DNA from: an uncultured Verrucomicrobiae bacterium | GTDB lineage: Bacteria; Verrucomicrobiota; Verrucomicrobiia; Chthoniobacterales; JAFAMB01 | DNA length: 64,000 bases | Assembly: GCA_963748055.1 (NCBI GenBank) | Contig: CAVVII010000028.1 | Span: 18,990-82,989 of the forward strand | Direction of reading: 5' to 3' | Notes under the pieces: generated by a model | Databases searched by the model: none | Told to the model about the DNA's origin: nothing | Seen by the model: the letters and a program-made list of their open reading frames with translations, nothing else | Part shown: piece by piece, positions 52,768-62,257 of the stretch | Layout: each line of letters opens with the position of its first letter | Numbering within the stretch: position 1 is the stretch's first letter | Position numbers and translations under genes: made by a program

Positions 52768-53712
52768 ATGGTTGCGTTAAAAGAGGGATACGATTTGGCT
52801 GCGGAGGTTTTACGCCTGAAGCGACAGCGTAACGCAGTTATCCTGGCTCATAACTATCAAGTGCCGGAGATCCAGGATGTAGCCGACTTCGTCGGCGACT
52901 CACTAGGCCTCAGTTTCAAGGCCAAAGAAACGGATGCGGATGTCATTGTTTTCTGTGGCGTGCACTTCATGGCAGAGACTGCGAAAATCGTCAATCCGTC
53001 AAAGACGGTGATATTGCCGGATTTGGAAGCAGGCTGCTCACTTTCAGAGTCTTGCCCGGCCGAAAGTCTTGCCGAGTTCCTGCAACTGCACGCTGACAAG
53101 AATTATTACGTGATTGCCTACATCAATTGCAGCGCCGGAGTGAAAGCGCTCTCCGATATTATCTGCACGAGCGGGAATGCGGTGCAGGTGGTCGAGAATG
53201 CCCCTGCGGACAGGAATATTCTGTTCGTCCCGGATCAAAACCTGGGAGCCTGGGTGATGGAAAAGACAGGCCGGAAAATGGACCTTTGGCGAGGGGCCTG
53301 TTATGTCCACGTGGAATTTACACGCGATAGCATCAGCGCGATCCATGAGCGATATCCGGCGGCGCCGGTTGTCGCTCATCCGGAGTGCACCTTTGCGGTG
53401 AGAATGTTAGCGGACGAGGTCTGTTCAACGGAGAAGATGGTTAAGTATTGCCGGGAGTCGCATGCCGAAGCGTTCATTATCGTGACCGAATCGGGTATGC
53501 TCCATCGTTTAAAGAAGGAACTCCCTGGGAAAATTTTTATTCCGGGGCCGACGGACAGGTGTTCATGCGCCGATTGTCGATTCATGAAGAAAAACACATT
53601 GGAAAAGCTGCGAGACGCGCTGGCAAATCTTTCGCCAGAGATTCGGATGACCGAGGCGTTGCGAAAACGGGCAGAGTTGCCTATCAGGCGAATGCTAGAA
53701 CTTAGCCGTTGA
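52768..53712 (+). CDS. nadA: Quinolinate synthase
   Basis: 314 aa with ILAHNYQVPEIQDVADFVGDSL, VFCGVHFMAETAK and AHPEC. The length and layout are typical of NadA. Confidence 0.9.
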   Translation: MVALKEGYDLAAEVLRLKRQRNAVILAHNYQVPEIQDVADFVGDSLGLSFKAKETDADVIVFCGVHFMAETAKIVNPSKTVILPDLEAGCSLSESCPAESLAEFLQLHADKNYYVIAYINCSAGVKALSDIICTSGNAVQVVENAPADRNILFVPDQNLGAWVMEKTGRKMDLWRGACYVHVEFTRDSISAIHERYPAAPVVAHPECTFAVRMLADEVCSTEKMVKYCRESHAEAFIIVTESGMLHRLKKELPGKIFIPGPTDRCSCADCRFMKKNTLEKLRDALANLSPEIRMTEALRKRAELPIRRMLELSR

Positions 53713-54894
53713 ACAAAGTCTCTGCCGTTGTCATTGGTGCTGGGCCGGCCGGATTGCGAGCCGCGGAAGTAATTGCCCGGCATGGGATTCGCACGACCAT
53801 TTTTGATCAAAAGGCTTCGCCAGGGCGAAAATTTCTCGTTGCCGGTAGAGGCGGCTTGAACATCACCCATTCGGAGCCGGTCGACGATTTTGCCAACCGG
53901 TATGATCTTCCGGTGCGATGGCAAGAGTTGCTTAAGCGATTCTCGCCGGAGGATCTTCGCGACTGGTTCGAAAAGCTTGGCGTGGAAACGTTTGTCGGAA
54001 CCAGCGGACGGGTATTCCCCCGCAATTTTCGTACCCCGATGATTCTCGAGCTTTGGCTGGAGCGGCTCGATGGGCTAGGGGTTGATTTCCAGGTCGGTCG
54101 CCGCTTTCATCAAATGCTCGGCAGCGGTCCCTACGATCTGGTGTTTCAGCGTGGTTCCAAATATCACTTGGTGAGCGCAGACGCCGTAGTCTTTGCGCTT
54201 GGCGGCGCTTCGTGGCCTCAGACGGGATCGGACGCCCTCTGGGTCGAGGAGTTTCGCCGGCTAGGAGTGCCGGTGAATGGGTTTGTTCCTGCCAACGTTG
54301 GTTGGGAGCGAGTATGGTCAGACTCGTTTCTGCGGTGTCGCGGACGGAAAGCCGCTCAAGAATCTCGAGGTCACTTGTTCAGGCAGGACCGTCAAAGGCG
54401 AGCTGATGGTCACCGAATATGGGCTGGAGGGGGGCGCGCTTTACCAGTTAACCCGTGAACTACGAAAGTGTTCGCAGATAGATATCGATTTTCGACCGGG
54501 TCTCAGCCGAGCGCAGTTGGCAGAACGTTGGCGTGACGGAATTGATCTGAAAGAAGGGGCAATAAAACTTTGGCGGCTGAGTGCCGCGGCTGCCGCCCTG
54601 ATCGAGGAAGCAACCCAGCCGCAATCTCTGAATCAATGGATGGACGCTGTGAAGCAATGCAGGGTTGTCTTGGAGCGTCCCAGGCCCATTGAAGAGGCAA
54701 TATCGAGTGCGGGCGGTGTACCATGGGATCAACTCACCGAAGACCTGATGCTCCGCTCCGTTCCCGGTGTGTTCTGTGCCGGTGAAATGATTGATTGGGA
54801 GGCTCCGACCGGCGGATATCTTCTGCAAGGCTGCTTTGTGACGGCTACGATTGCCGGCGAGGGTGCGGCGAAGTGGATTGCGAAGGTCCGTTAG
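53709..54894 (+). pseudogene. HI0933-like NAD(P)/FAD-dependent flavoprotein (BaiN/TIGR03862-like), one frameshift
   Basis: ORF 53709-54458 starts (TTG) NKVSAVVIGAGPAGLRAAE and includes KFLVAGRGGLNITH. The sequence continues in ORF 54277-54894 as ADGKPLKNLEV...GELMVTEYGLEGGALY...FCAGEMIDWEAPTGGYLLQ. The shift lies near 54333-54338. Confidence 0.75.
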
Positions 54895-54924
54895 ACGTGA
54901 CAGTTTGTCGGCGCGAACATTATT

Positions 54925-55401
54925 ATGATGGAACTTAATATTGGTGATCGGGCTCCTGATTTCAAAGCAACCGCGGTCGGTGGTATCTACGGAGGCGGCC
55001 AGGAGGTCAAGCTCGCTGACTTTGCGGGCTCGACACTGGCTTTGTATTTCTACCCGAAGGATGATACACCGGGCTGCACAGCTCAAGCCTGCGACCTGCG
55101 CGATTCCTGGCGTGAACTTCAATCTAAGTTGGAGCTTTTCGGCGTCAGCACCGATAGCGTCGAAAGTCACCAGAAATTCATCAAGAAGCATGGTCTTCCC
55201 TTTCCACTGTTGAGTGATCCGGATGAGGCAATGGTGAAAGCGTATCAGGTCTGGGTTGAGAAGAGCATGTACGGGAAGAAATACATGGGCACTGAGAGGA
55301 CCACCTACATCATCGGCCCCGAACAGAGGATAAAGACCATCCTGAAGAAGGTGAAGCCTGCCGAACATGTAACGTTACTGCTGAAGGCACTCGCTTCGTA
55401 G
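54925..55401 (+). CDS. bcp: Thioredoxin-dependent thiol peroxidase (peroxiredoxin Bcp)
   Basis: 158 aa with FYPKDDTPGCTAQAC carrying the peroxidatic Cys. Confidence 0.9.
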   Translation: MMELNIGDRAPDFKATAVGGIYGGGQEVKLADFAGSTLALYFYPKDDTPGCTAQACDLRDSWRELQSKLELFGVSTDSVESHQKFIKKHGLPFPLLSDPDEAMVKAYQVWVEKSMYGKKYMGTERTTYIIGPEQRIKTILKKVKPAEHVTLLLKALAS

Positions 55402-55484
55402 ACCGGAAGACACACGTGACCGGGACACGGAGATTCCGGCTTTTGTTGCACCCCAGCGGGATTTTCTCCCCGGCTACCCTCCCG

Positions 55485-56633
55485 ATGAATCATCAAACTC
55501 TTCTCGCCATTTACGAAAAACTCGAGGCTATAATCTCCAAGCTGCCCGGCCCGTTACAGAATGCCGTTTTAACGGAATTGAGGCCGATCAAGCAGATTTT
55601 TCTTTCGCAGAGGCTCGCTCGTATCGTTTTGGTGGGTAGTCCCGGTGCTGACGCTTCTGCCCTGTTTTCGGGGCTGGTTGGCAACGATCTGCAAATGATC
55701 GAGCCGTCACAAACCGCAGGTTGGGTTACCTATGAGCTGCGTGGCAGGGGTGGATTTCGCGTTTTGGATGCGCGCCGGCTGAATGAGGCGAGCCTGAGCT
55801 GGAGTGCCTTGGCGGGTGCCATTTCCGAAGAAAGCCCTGACCTGTTTGTCTTTCTCGTCGATGGGAGCAAGCCGCTCGATTTGAACCTTGAGTGCGAGCA
55901 AGCAATCCGCTTGCTCGAGCTGGCCAAAGACCGTCATCAGTCCAAGGCCGGCCTTATCGGGGTCATTGATTTTCCGAGCGGCACCGCACCGAGTGAAGTT
56001 GAAGCCCGACGCCTCGAACTGCAGGCCTGGTTAAGCCGTACCGACAAACTGGCGGGACATTTCGTCAAAAGTTTGGCGGTTTGTTCTTTTGTTCGATTCA
56101 GGGTGGACGGATCGATCGATCCTGAACGCGACGAGCGGCGTAACTTCGATGTATTAGGCGAGTTGCTCGCCCGCGAACTTCCCGGGGAGGCGCAGGTTGA
56201 AATGGCGCGACTGGTCTCTGCGAAAAACATTCAAATGGAAATCGCGCAGCGGTTGGTCCGCTCGATGACAGCCATATGCACTGCAATCGGCGTGCAACCT
56301 ATCCCATTTGCCGACCTTCCGGTCCTTACCGCCCTTCAATTTGCGATGGTCTCAGGAATTATGCAGGTCAGTGGCCGCGAGCTGGGCTTGCGGGCTGCAG
56401 CGGAGTTCTTCGGAGCCTTGGGACTAAACATCGGGGCCGGCATGGTCTTTCGGGAGGGTGCGCGCGCCGCGGTTAAATTGCTGCCGGGGTGGGGTAACGC
56501 GATCTCCGGCGGGGTGGCGGCGGCGGGAACCTATGCGATCGGTCGAACCGCAATCGGCTATTTCATCGAGGGGATCTCAATGGCAGAGGCACGGAAGCTT
56601 TTCCGTCGCAAGAATTTGCCAAAAGACTCCTAG
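55485..56633 (+). CDS. DUF697-domain membrane protein with a GTPase-like N-domain and degenerate P-loop
   Basis: The probable start is MNHQTLLAIYEKL at 55485. LVGSPGADASALF occupies the position of GxxGxGKS but lacks the Lys. The C-terminal IPFADLPVLTALQFAMV...GGVAAAGTYAIGRTAIGYF is typical of DUF697. Confidence 0.6.
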   Translation: MNHQTLLAIYEKLEAIISKLPGPLQNAVLTELRPIKQIFLSQRLARIVLVGSPGADASALFSGLVGNDLQMIEPSQTAGWVTYELRGRGGFRVLDARRLNEASLSWSALAGAISEESPDLFVFLVDGSKPLDLNLECEQAIRLLELAKDRHQSKAGLIGVIDFPSGTAPSEVEARRLELQAWLSRTDKLAGHFVKSLAVCSFVRFRVDGSIDPERDERRNFDVLGELLARELPGEAQVEMARLVSAKNIQMEIAQRLVRSMTAICTAIGVQPIPFADLPVLTALQFAMVSGIMQVSGRELGLRAAAEFFGALGLNIGAGMVFREGARAAVKLLPGWGNAISGGVAAAGTYAIGRTAIGYFIEGISMAEARKLFRRKNLPKDS

Positions 56634-56781
56634 TCAAAACTCAATTGCAATGGGGAATGTCGACTCGTGAGCAAGGGAATCCCGCTTGTGAATAACGTGT
56701 CAAGAACTCTCGCATTCCCGAGAAAAGGTTGGGTGTAACCTCCCGGAACCGAAAATTCGTCGGGTGAAAATCTCTGAAATC

Positions 56782-58142
56782 ATGTCAACACTGGATACGC
56801 TAGGGGCTTCTCCGCGTAAGTCTTTGGGGCAAAACTTTTTACATGATAAGAACCTGGCTTCGTGGATCGTTGAGAGACTGGAGCTGGAGGTGGGCGATCG
56901 CGTCGTGGAGATAGGTCCGGGCCTTGGTGCTTTGAGCGAAGAAATAATGCGTTGTGGGGTGTCGGCAACTTTGCTTGAAAAGGATCGGGCGTTCGCGAAA
57001 TACCTTCGCGAAAGGTTTGCCAACGCGAATGTCGAAGTGATCGAAGGGGACGCCTTAAAGTACGACACCCGGATCGAGTTTCTACGTCAACCGGTCAAAG
57101 TCATCGGAAATCTGCCCTATTACTTGTCATCTCCACTTCTGTTTCACTTCAGCGCGGATCCTTGTCCCTTCAAGCGGATGGTTCTTACCGTGCAAAAGGA
57201 GATGGCCGACCGACTGAGTGCAGGGCCAGGGAACAAAACCTACGGTAGTCTCAGTGTCGTCATGCAAAGAAATTGGCAGATAAGCAAGTTGAAGACGCTG
57301 GCTCCTTCAGTCTTTCTTCCCCAGCCGCAAGTAGATTCAGTTGTTGTTTTGCTGATGCGTCGGGAGCCTGGTGAGATGGAAGAACTGATCCAATCCTGTT
57401 TTCCGAATTGGTGAAAGCGGGATTCTCCGAACGCAGAAAACAAATGAGAAAGTTACTCGGTCGATTCGGCGATCCTGAGAGGATCGGAGCGGCTCTTCGC
57501 GCAGTTGATCTGCCATTAACAGCCAGGGCCGAGGACGTTTCACTTAACCAGTGGCTCAGGATCGTCAACATCTTGGAGCCAGCCAGCGTCTATCCATGCG
57601 ATCCCCTGGAACTCCTGGCCGCGGTGGATCAAAATGATCAACCCCTCCGCCCTCTCGATCGAGCGACGATTCATCGCGAGAATCTGCTCCACCGCGCGGT
57701 ACATATTTTTATCCTGAACCGGCGCGGGGAGCTGCTTTTGCAGAAACGCTCCTATCGGAAGGACAAATTCCCGCGATGTTGGGATTCGAGTGCTGCTGGT
57801 CACGTGAATACCGGCGAAGCGTATCGGGACTGCGCGATACGTGAATTGAAGGAAGAACTCGGCGTAACAATTGCGCTAGCAGATTTGGGCAGGATTCCAG
57901 CCTCCGAGGTGACTGGCAATGAATTTATCGAGATCTTTTTCGGAATTCATGATGGTCCCTTCTCGTGGAACCAGCACGAAATCGAAACCGGTGGATTTTT
58001 TGAGCTCGAAATGATCGATGTGTGGATCGAGCGACGCCCGAACGATTTCGCCTCCGGATTTATCGAGTGCTATCGGTTCGTGAGGGAGCAACTCGCGAAC
58101 GCCGCCGATACTTTCTTCCGCCTCCCGTTCACAGCGCAATAG
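56782..58142 (+). pseudogene. rsmA: 16S rRNA (adenine1518/1519-N6)-dimethyltransferase RsmA fused to a Nudix hydrolase; one frameshift inside the RsmA part
   Basis: ORF 56764-57414 has SLGQNFL, VVEIGPGLGALS and IGNLPYYLSSPL. After the shift near 57370-57388, ORF 57408-58142 continues with the RsmA C-terminus (LVKAGFSERRKQMRKLL...ARAEDVSLNQW). It then runs without a stop into a Nudix domain (LLHRAVHIFILN..., Nudix box GHVNTGEAYRDCAIRELKEELGV). Confidence 0.7.
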
Positions 58143-60069
58143 GCGCGGCCAGGCAGGTATCCGGAATCCCAAACGAATCGACCAGTTGCACTGCTTCTTG
58201 CCGGACCTCCAGGCATAGCTTATCGACCAGTCGGCTAATAGCCTTTGATTTCAAAGCCGTGAGCGAGCCGTGTTCGAGATACCAGCCCTTATGCAGCTCG
58301 ATTCGCGATAAAGCGAACAGGTCGCAAAGCAGCTGGAGCGTCTGTTTGACAGATTGCGCCTGAACCGTACCAATCGTCTGGGCGAAGCGCTCGAGGATAA
58401 CCCGTTCGACATGAGCGCCCGCGAGTTCGAGGAGTTCGCGTTGCATGTGGGTGAAGGCGGCATAGGAGTCCAATTTCTTCCTCACGGTCAAACGCCGGAA
58501 TTCCTGAGCCGCAGAGAACAGAGTAGCCGATTCCCGGAGGCGGAGCATCATGAGATGAAAACCGGTATCACGAAGATGGCGCTTCCAGAGGTTCAAAGTG
58601 ATCGCCGGACTGCGTTTGGCGATCGCGGTGAGGCTTTCTGCGACAAAAAACCTCGCCATCTGTGCGGGTCGCATGCCTTCAAGCTTTTCCTTGAACCCGC
58701 TAAGCAGGTTCTTCGCAGCCAATTGCATCAGGACTGTGTTGTCCCCCTCGAACGTCGTGTAAATATCCGTGTCAGCTTTCAATGCGCTGATCCTGTTCAC
58801 AGCCAGGTATCCCTCGCCGCCGCAGGCTTCACGACAAGTCTGAATCGTCTGAGTGGTATTCCATGTCGTGAAAGCCTTCAGTCCCGCCGCCAATGTCTCT
58901 AGCGGACGCGAAGTGCCGGCGTGAACTGTTTCATTCTGCTCGATCAATTGCTTCAGGGCGAAATCGAGCGCAAAGGCGTTCGCGAGAAGTGGGCAGAGCC
59001 GGCGCTGGTGTGCGGGATAATCCAGGAGCAGGGTCTCCTGGCTCGCCTTCGGCGGACCGAACTGCCGCCGCCGGGCGGAATAGCGGATTGCGATCGTTAG
59101 CGCACTCTTTGCCGCGCTGTTGGCGGTGACCGCGATGGTGATCCGACCGCTGACGAGCGTTCCAATCATCGTAAAAAAGCGCGCACCCTGGTTTTGAATA
59201 TCGCTCCGATATTGACCGTCGGCGGTTACGCTCGCGAATCGATTCAGCATTTCGACTCGCGGAACTCGAACGTGGTCGAACCAGATCCGGCCGTTATCCA
59301 CGCCGTTTAGTCCCATTTTTAGTCCGTTATCTTCAACCACAATTCCCGGGAGCAGATTTCCATTTTCGTCTCGAATCGGGACGACAAAGGCGTGCACACC
59401 GTGTTTGTGACCACTTACCTCCAGTTGAGCGAACACCGTCGCAAACCGCCCGTCTTCGGCGGCGTTTCCGATGTAATTCTTACCCGCGGAGCGGGTTGGG
59501 CTATTGATGACGAAACAATCACCATCGGTATCAAAAACGGCAGTCGTTTCCAGCCCATACACATTGGACCCATGACCGATCTCGGTCATCGCGAAACACC
59601 CCATCAATCTAGCTGCGCCGGCGTCCGGCAGATATTTCCGGCGATGGTATTCGGTGCCAAGCCGTTGAATGCTTCCGACGAACAAGCCAAACTGGACGCC
59701 CAGCTTGATGACCAGATTGATATCGTGAAAAGCGAGCGTTTCGAACGCCGCAATGAATTTTGGAAGGTCCTCTTCGCCACCGACGGAACGGGGCATAACA
59801 ATTCGACCGATGCCGGCGTCGGCAATTTGCCTGGTCCATGCTAAAACTTGTCTCCGCTGCACCGCCACGTCGCTCCCGTCGTAGTACCGGAACTCAGGTC
59901 GAGTGATGAGTTCCTTGACCGCATTTCGGATTTCGGCATTGTCGCCGTCCAAAAGGCGCTGCAAAGCCTTGGAATCGAATGTCGCAGCCCGTCTTTCGAT
60001 AGGCGGATACGCCGGCTCAGCGACCGTCTGGGGAGTTATCTTATTGGCCGGCTTGGGCTTCTCGAGCAT
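58129..60069 (-). CDS. Acyl-CoA oxidase-like / long acyl-CoA dehydrogenase family protein
   Basis: 646 aa with MTEIGHGSNVYGLETTA and NGLKMGLNGVDNGRIWFDHVRVPR, plus the extended C-terminal helical domain typical of ACX-type enzymes. Confidence 0.8.
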   Translation of the reverse strand: MLEKPKPANKITPQTVAEPAYPPIERRAATFDSKALQRLLDGDNAEIRNAVKELITRPEFRYYDGSDVAVQRRQVLAWTRQIADAGIGRIVMPRSVGGEEDLPKFIAAFETLAFHDINLVIKLGVQFGLFVGSIQRLGTEYHRRKYLPDAGAARLMGCFAMTEIGHGSNVYGLETTAVFDTDGDCFVINSPTRSAGKNYIGNAAEDGRFATVFAQLEVSGHKHGVHAFVVPIRDENGNLLPGIVVEDNGLKMGLNGVDNGRIWFDHVRVPRVEMLNRFASVTADGQYRSDIQNQGARFFTMIGTLVSGRITIAVTANSAAKSALTIAIRYSARRRQFGPPKASQETLLLDYPAHQRRLCPLLANAFALDFALKQLIEQNETVHAGTSRPLETLAAGLKAFTTWNTTQTIQTCREACGGEGYLAVNRISALKADTDIYTTFEGDNTVLMQLAAKNLLSGFKEKLEGMRPAQMARFFVAESLTAIAKRSPAITLNLWKRHLRDTGFHLMMLRLRESATLFSAAQEFRRLTVRKKLDSYAAFTHMQRELLELAGAHVERVILERFAQTIGTVQAQSVKQTLQLLCDLFALSRIELHKGWYLEHGSLTALKSKAISRLVDKLCLEVRQEAVQLVDSFGIPDTCLAAPIAL

Positions 60070-62248
60070 CTGGTTCCTCTTCGCCCTTTGGAGTTTGTGT
60101 TTCGGATTGGGCCGGAAAAGCCGGTTTCCTTCGCGGATAAAAACTTCCGCCGCCGGTCGCCTTGTCGGAGAGAAGCGAACAAGGTTGGAAATAATCTCCT
60201 ACGCGTTCTCGAAGATTATTTAGCCGGCTCAGCACCGTCGGAAGGCCGAGATGATCTGCAAATCGAAGGGGACCTCCACGGAAAGGCGCCCAGCCGGTTC
60301 CCATGATCATACCAAAATCCACGTCCTCGGGAGCGTCAACCACTCCCTCTTCGAGCGTGCGCGCCGCCTCGTTGACCATTAGGAGAACCAACCGGTCCCG
60401 CAGATCACCCTCATTCACCGTCGTCGGTTCGGCGGGCTGAAAACCGCCCAATTGGGGGTTAGTCTTCTCGTCGCCGCCGGTTCCATACTCGTAGAAGCCC
60501 TTCCCGGATTTTCGCCCGAGCCATCCTTTCTGCATCATCTTGCCGAGAGTGTCTTTAAGCGGTGCCAGATGCTTAACGCGCTGCTCGAGATCCTTGGCCA
60601 CGTGCTCGGAGACGTCTAAACCGACCTCGTCAGCCAGGCGCAACGGGCCCATGGGCATTCCGAAATCGAGCATCACCCGGTCGACTGTTTCAACTCGATG
60701 GCCTTCACTGAATAAACGCACCGCCTCCACCATGTATGGTAACAGAATCCGGTTGACGAGGAAACCTGGACTGTCCTTGACCAGAACCGGTAGTTTGCCG
60801 ATTTCCCTTACGAACCTTATCGCGATATTGAGAGTCGCCGCGTCTGTCTTTTTGCCCCGAACGAGCTCGACGAGCTGCATCCGGTGAACCGGGTTAAAAA
60901 AATGGATCCCGACCACCCGTTCAGGATGTTCGAGGGGGCCGGCGATTGCATCGATCGAGAGAGCCGAAGTGTTCGTGGCCAGCACGGTTCCGGATGAAAC
61001 TCGCGGCTCCAGATCGGCGAATATCTCTTGTTTGAGCTCGAGTTTTTCCATCGCGGCCTCAATCACGACATCCACCTCTCGGAGCGGAATCTCCTCAAAA
61101 AACGGAAGGATCCGGTCGTAGGCATTTCGAGCCTCTGTTTCCGAAAACCGATGGCGTTTAACCGCGTCCCGGTAGATTTTTGCTATGGCCTGCATTCCCT
61201 TGCCTAGTGGAGCCGGCCCGACATCCTTAAGCAGCACGCGAATGCCGCGACTGCTGAGCCACTGGGCGATGCCGGCGCCCATCAGTCCGGCACCGATGAC
61301 CAAACCTTTCCTTATCGCTTTGGCCGGCGCCGCTGCTGGTAGAAGGTCAGCCGGGGGCCTCAGCTTCTTGGCTCGCTCCTGAAGGAAAAAGACCCCGATT
61401 AGATTTTGGGCGGTCTCGGTGCGAGCTAATTCAATAAGGCAGTTCTTCTCATTGGCTAGCGATTGCTCGTGAGAGACGCTCATGCTGGCGCACACCACCT
61501 CAAGAGCCTTGAGCGGTGCCGGGTAATGGCCTCGCGTCCTCGCTAAAGTCTTTTTCTCTACCTGAGATTTGATTAATTGGGACACGGGCGGTCGATTTGC
61601 GATATGCAATTTATGAGGCCTCTTTTTGCCGTCGCTTTCCTGAATCATCCTGTTGGCAACGCCCGGTAACTGTTCCAGGAGGACGACCGAATCCACCATC
61701 CCAAGTTCAAGGGCTTGTTGCGCGGCGTACTGACGACCGGTCAGAATCGCTTCCAGCGCATTCGGCAAACCGATCAGTTTCGGCAGCCGCGTTGAGCCTC
61801 CCCATGCCGGCAAAATCCCAAGGTTCGTTTCTGGCAGCCCGACTTTCGTCACCGAATCGGACGAGGCGACGCGGTAATCGCACGCTAACGCGACCTCAAA
61901 CCCGCCTCCCAGAGCGACGCCGTGAATCGTGGCAACCGTCGGGTAGGGGAGACCCGCGATTCGGTCAAAGGTCTTTTGACCTCGTTCGACTAGTACCGCG
62001 ATTCGCTCCGCACTGATGTCCTGGGTAAAGCCTTTGAGATCTGCGCCTGCGATGAAAATCTTCGGCTTTGCGCTTCGAATGATCAGACCTTTCAAGCCTT
62101 TTTCCGACTCAAGAAAATTTAAGTGTTCATTCAGTTCGTCGAAGGTCCGTTCGTCGAAGATATTGGCGGTTGAGTCGGTTCGATCGAAAGTGAGGATCGC
62201 AGTCCGGGAGCCCGAGACTTCGCATTGAATATTTTGATTCACGACCAC
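60041..62248 (-). CDS. Fatty-acid oxidation multifunctional protein (enoyl-CoA hydratase + 3-hydroxyacyl-CoA dehydrogenase), FadB/FadJ-like
   Basis: 735 aa with an N-terminal crotonase fold (FIAGADLKGF, GGGFEVALACD) and the NAD-binding motif VIGAGLMGAGIAQ. Confidence 0.88.
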   Translation of the reverse strand: MVVNQNIQCEVSGSRTAILTFDRTDSTANIFDERTFDELNEHLNFLESEKGLKGLIIRSAKPKIFIAGADLKGFTQDISAERIAVLVERGQKTFDRIAGLPYPTVATIHGVALGGGFEVALACDYRVASSDSVTKVGLPETNLGILPAWGGSTRLPKLIGLPNALEAILTGRQYAAQQALELGMVDSVVLLEQLPGVANRMIQESDGKKRPHKLHIANRPPVSQLIKSQVEKKTLARTRGHYPAPLKALEVVCASMSVSHEQSLANEKNCLIELARTETAQNLIGVFFLQERAKKLRPPADLLPAAAPAKAIRKGLVIGAGLMGAGIAQWLSSRGIRVLLKDVGPAPLGKGMQAIAKIYRDAVKRHRFSETEARNAYDRILPFFEEIPLREVDVVIEAAMEKLELKQEIFADLEPRVSSGTVLATNTSALSIDAIAGPLEHPERVVGIHFFNPVHRMQLVELVRGKKTDAATLNIAIRFVREIGKLPVLVKDSPGFLVNRILLPYMVEAVRLFSEGHRVETVDRVMLDFGMPMGPLRLADEVGLDVSEHVAKDLEQRVKHLAPLKDTLGKMMQKGWLGRKSGKGFYEYGTGGDEKTNPQLGGFQPAEPTTVNEGDLRDRLVLLMVNEAARTLEEGVVDAPEDVDFGMIMGTGWAPFRGGPLRFADHLGLPTVLSRLNNLRERVGDYFQPCSLLSDKATGGGSFYPRRKPAFPAQSETQTPKGEEEPDAREAQAGQ

Positions 62249-62257
62249 AACTTCCTC

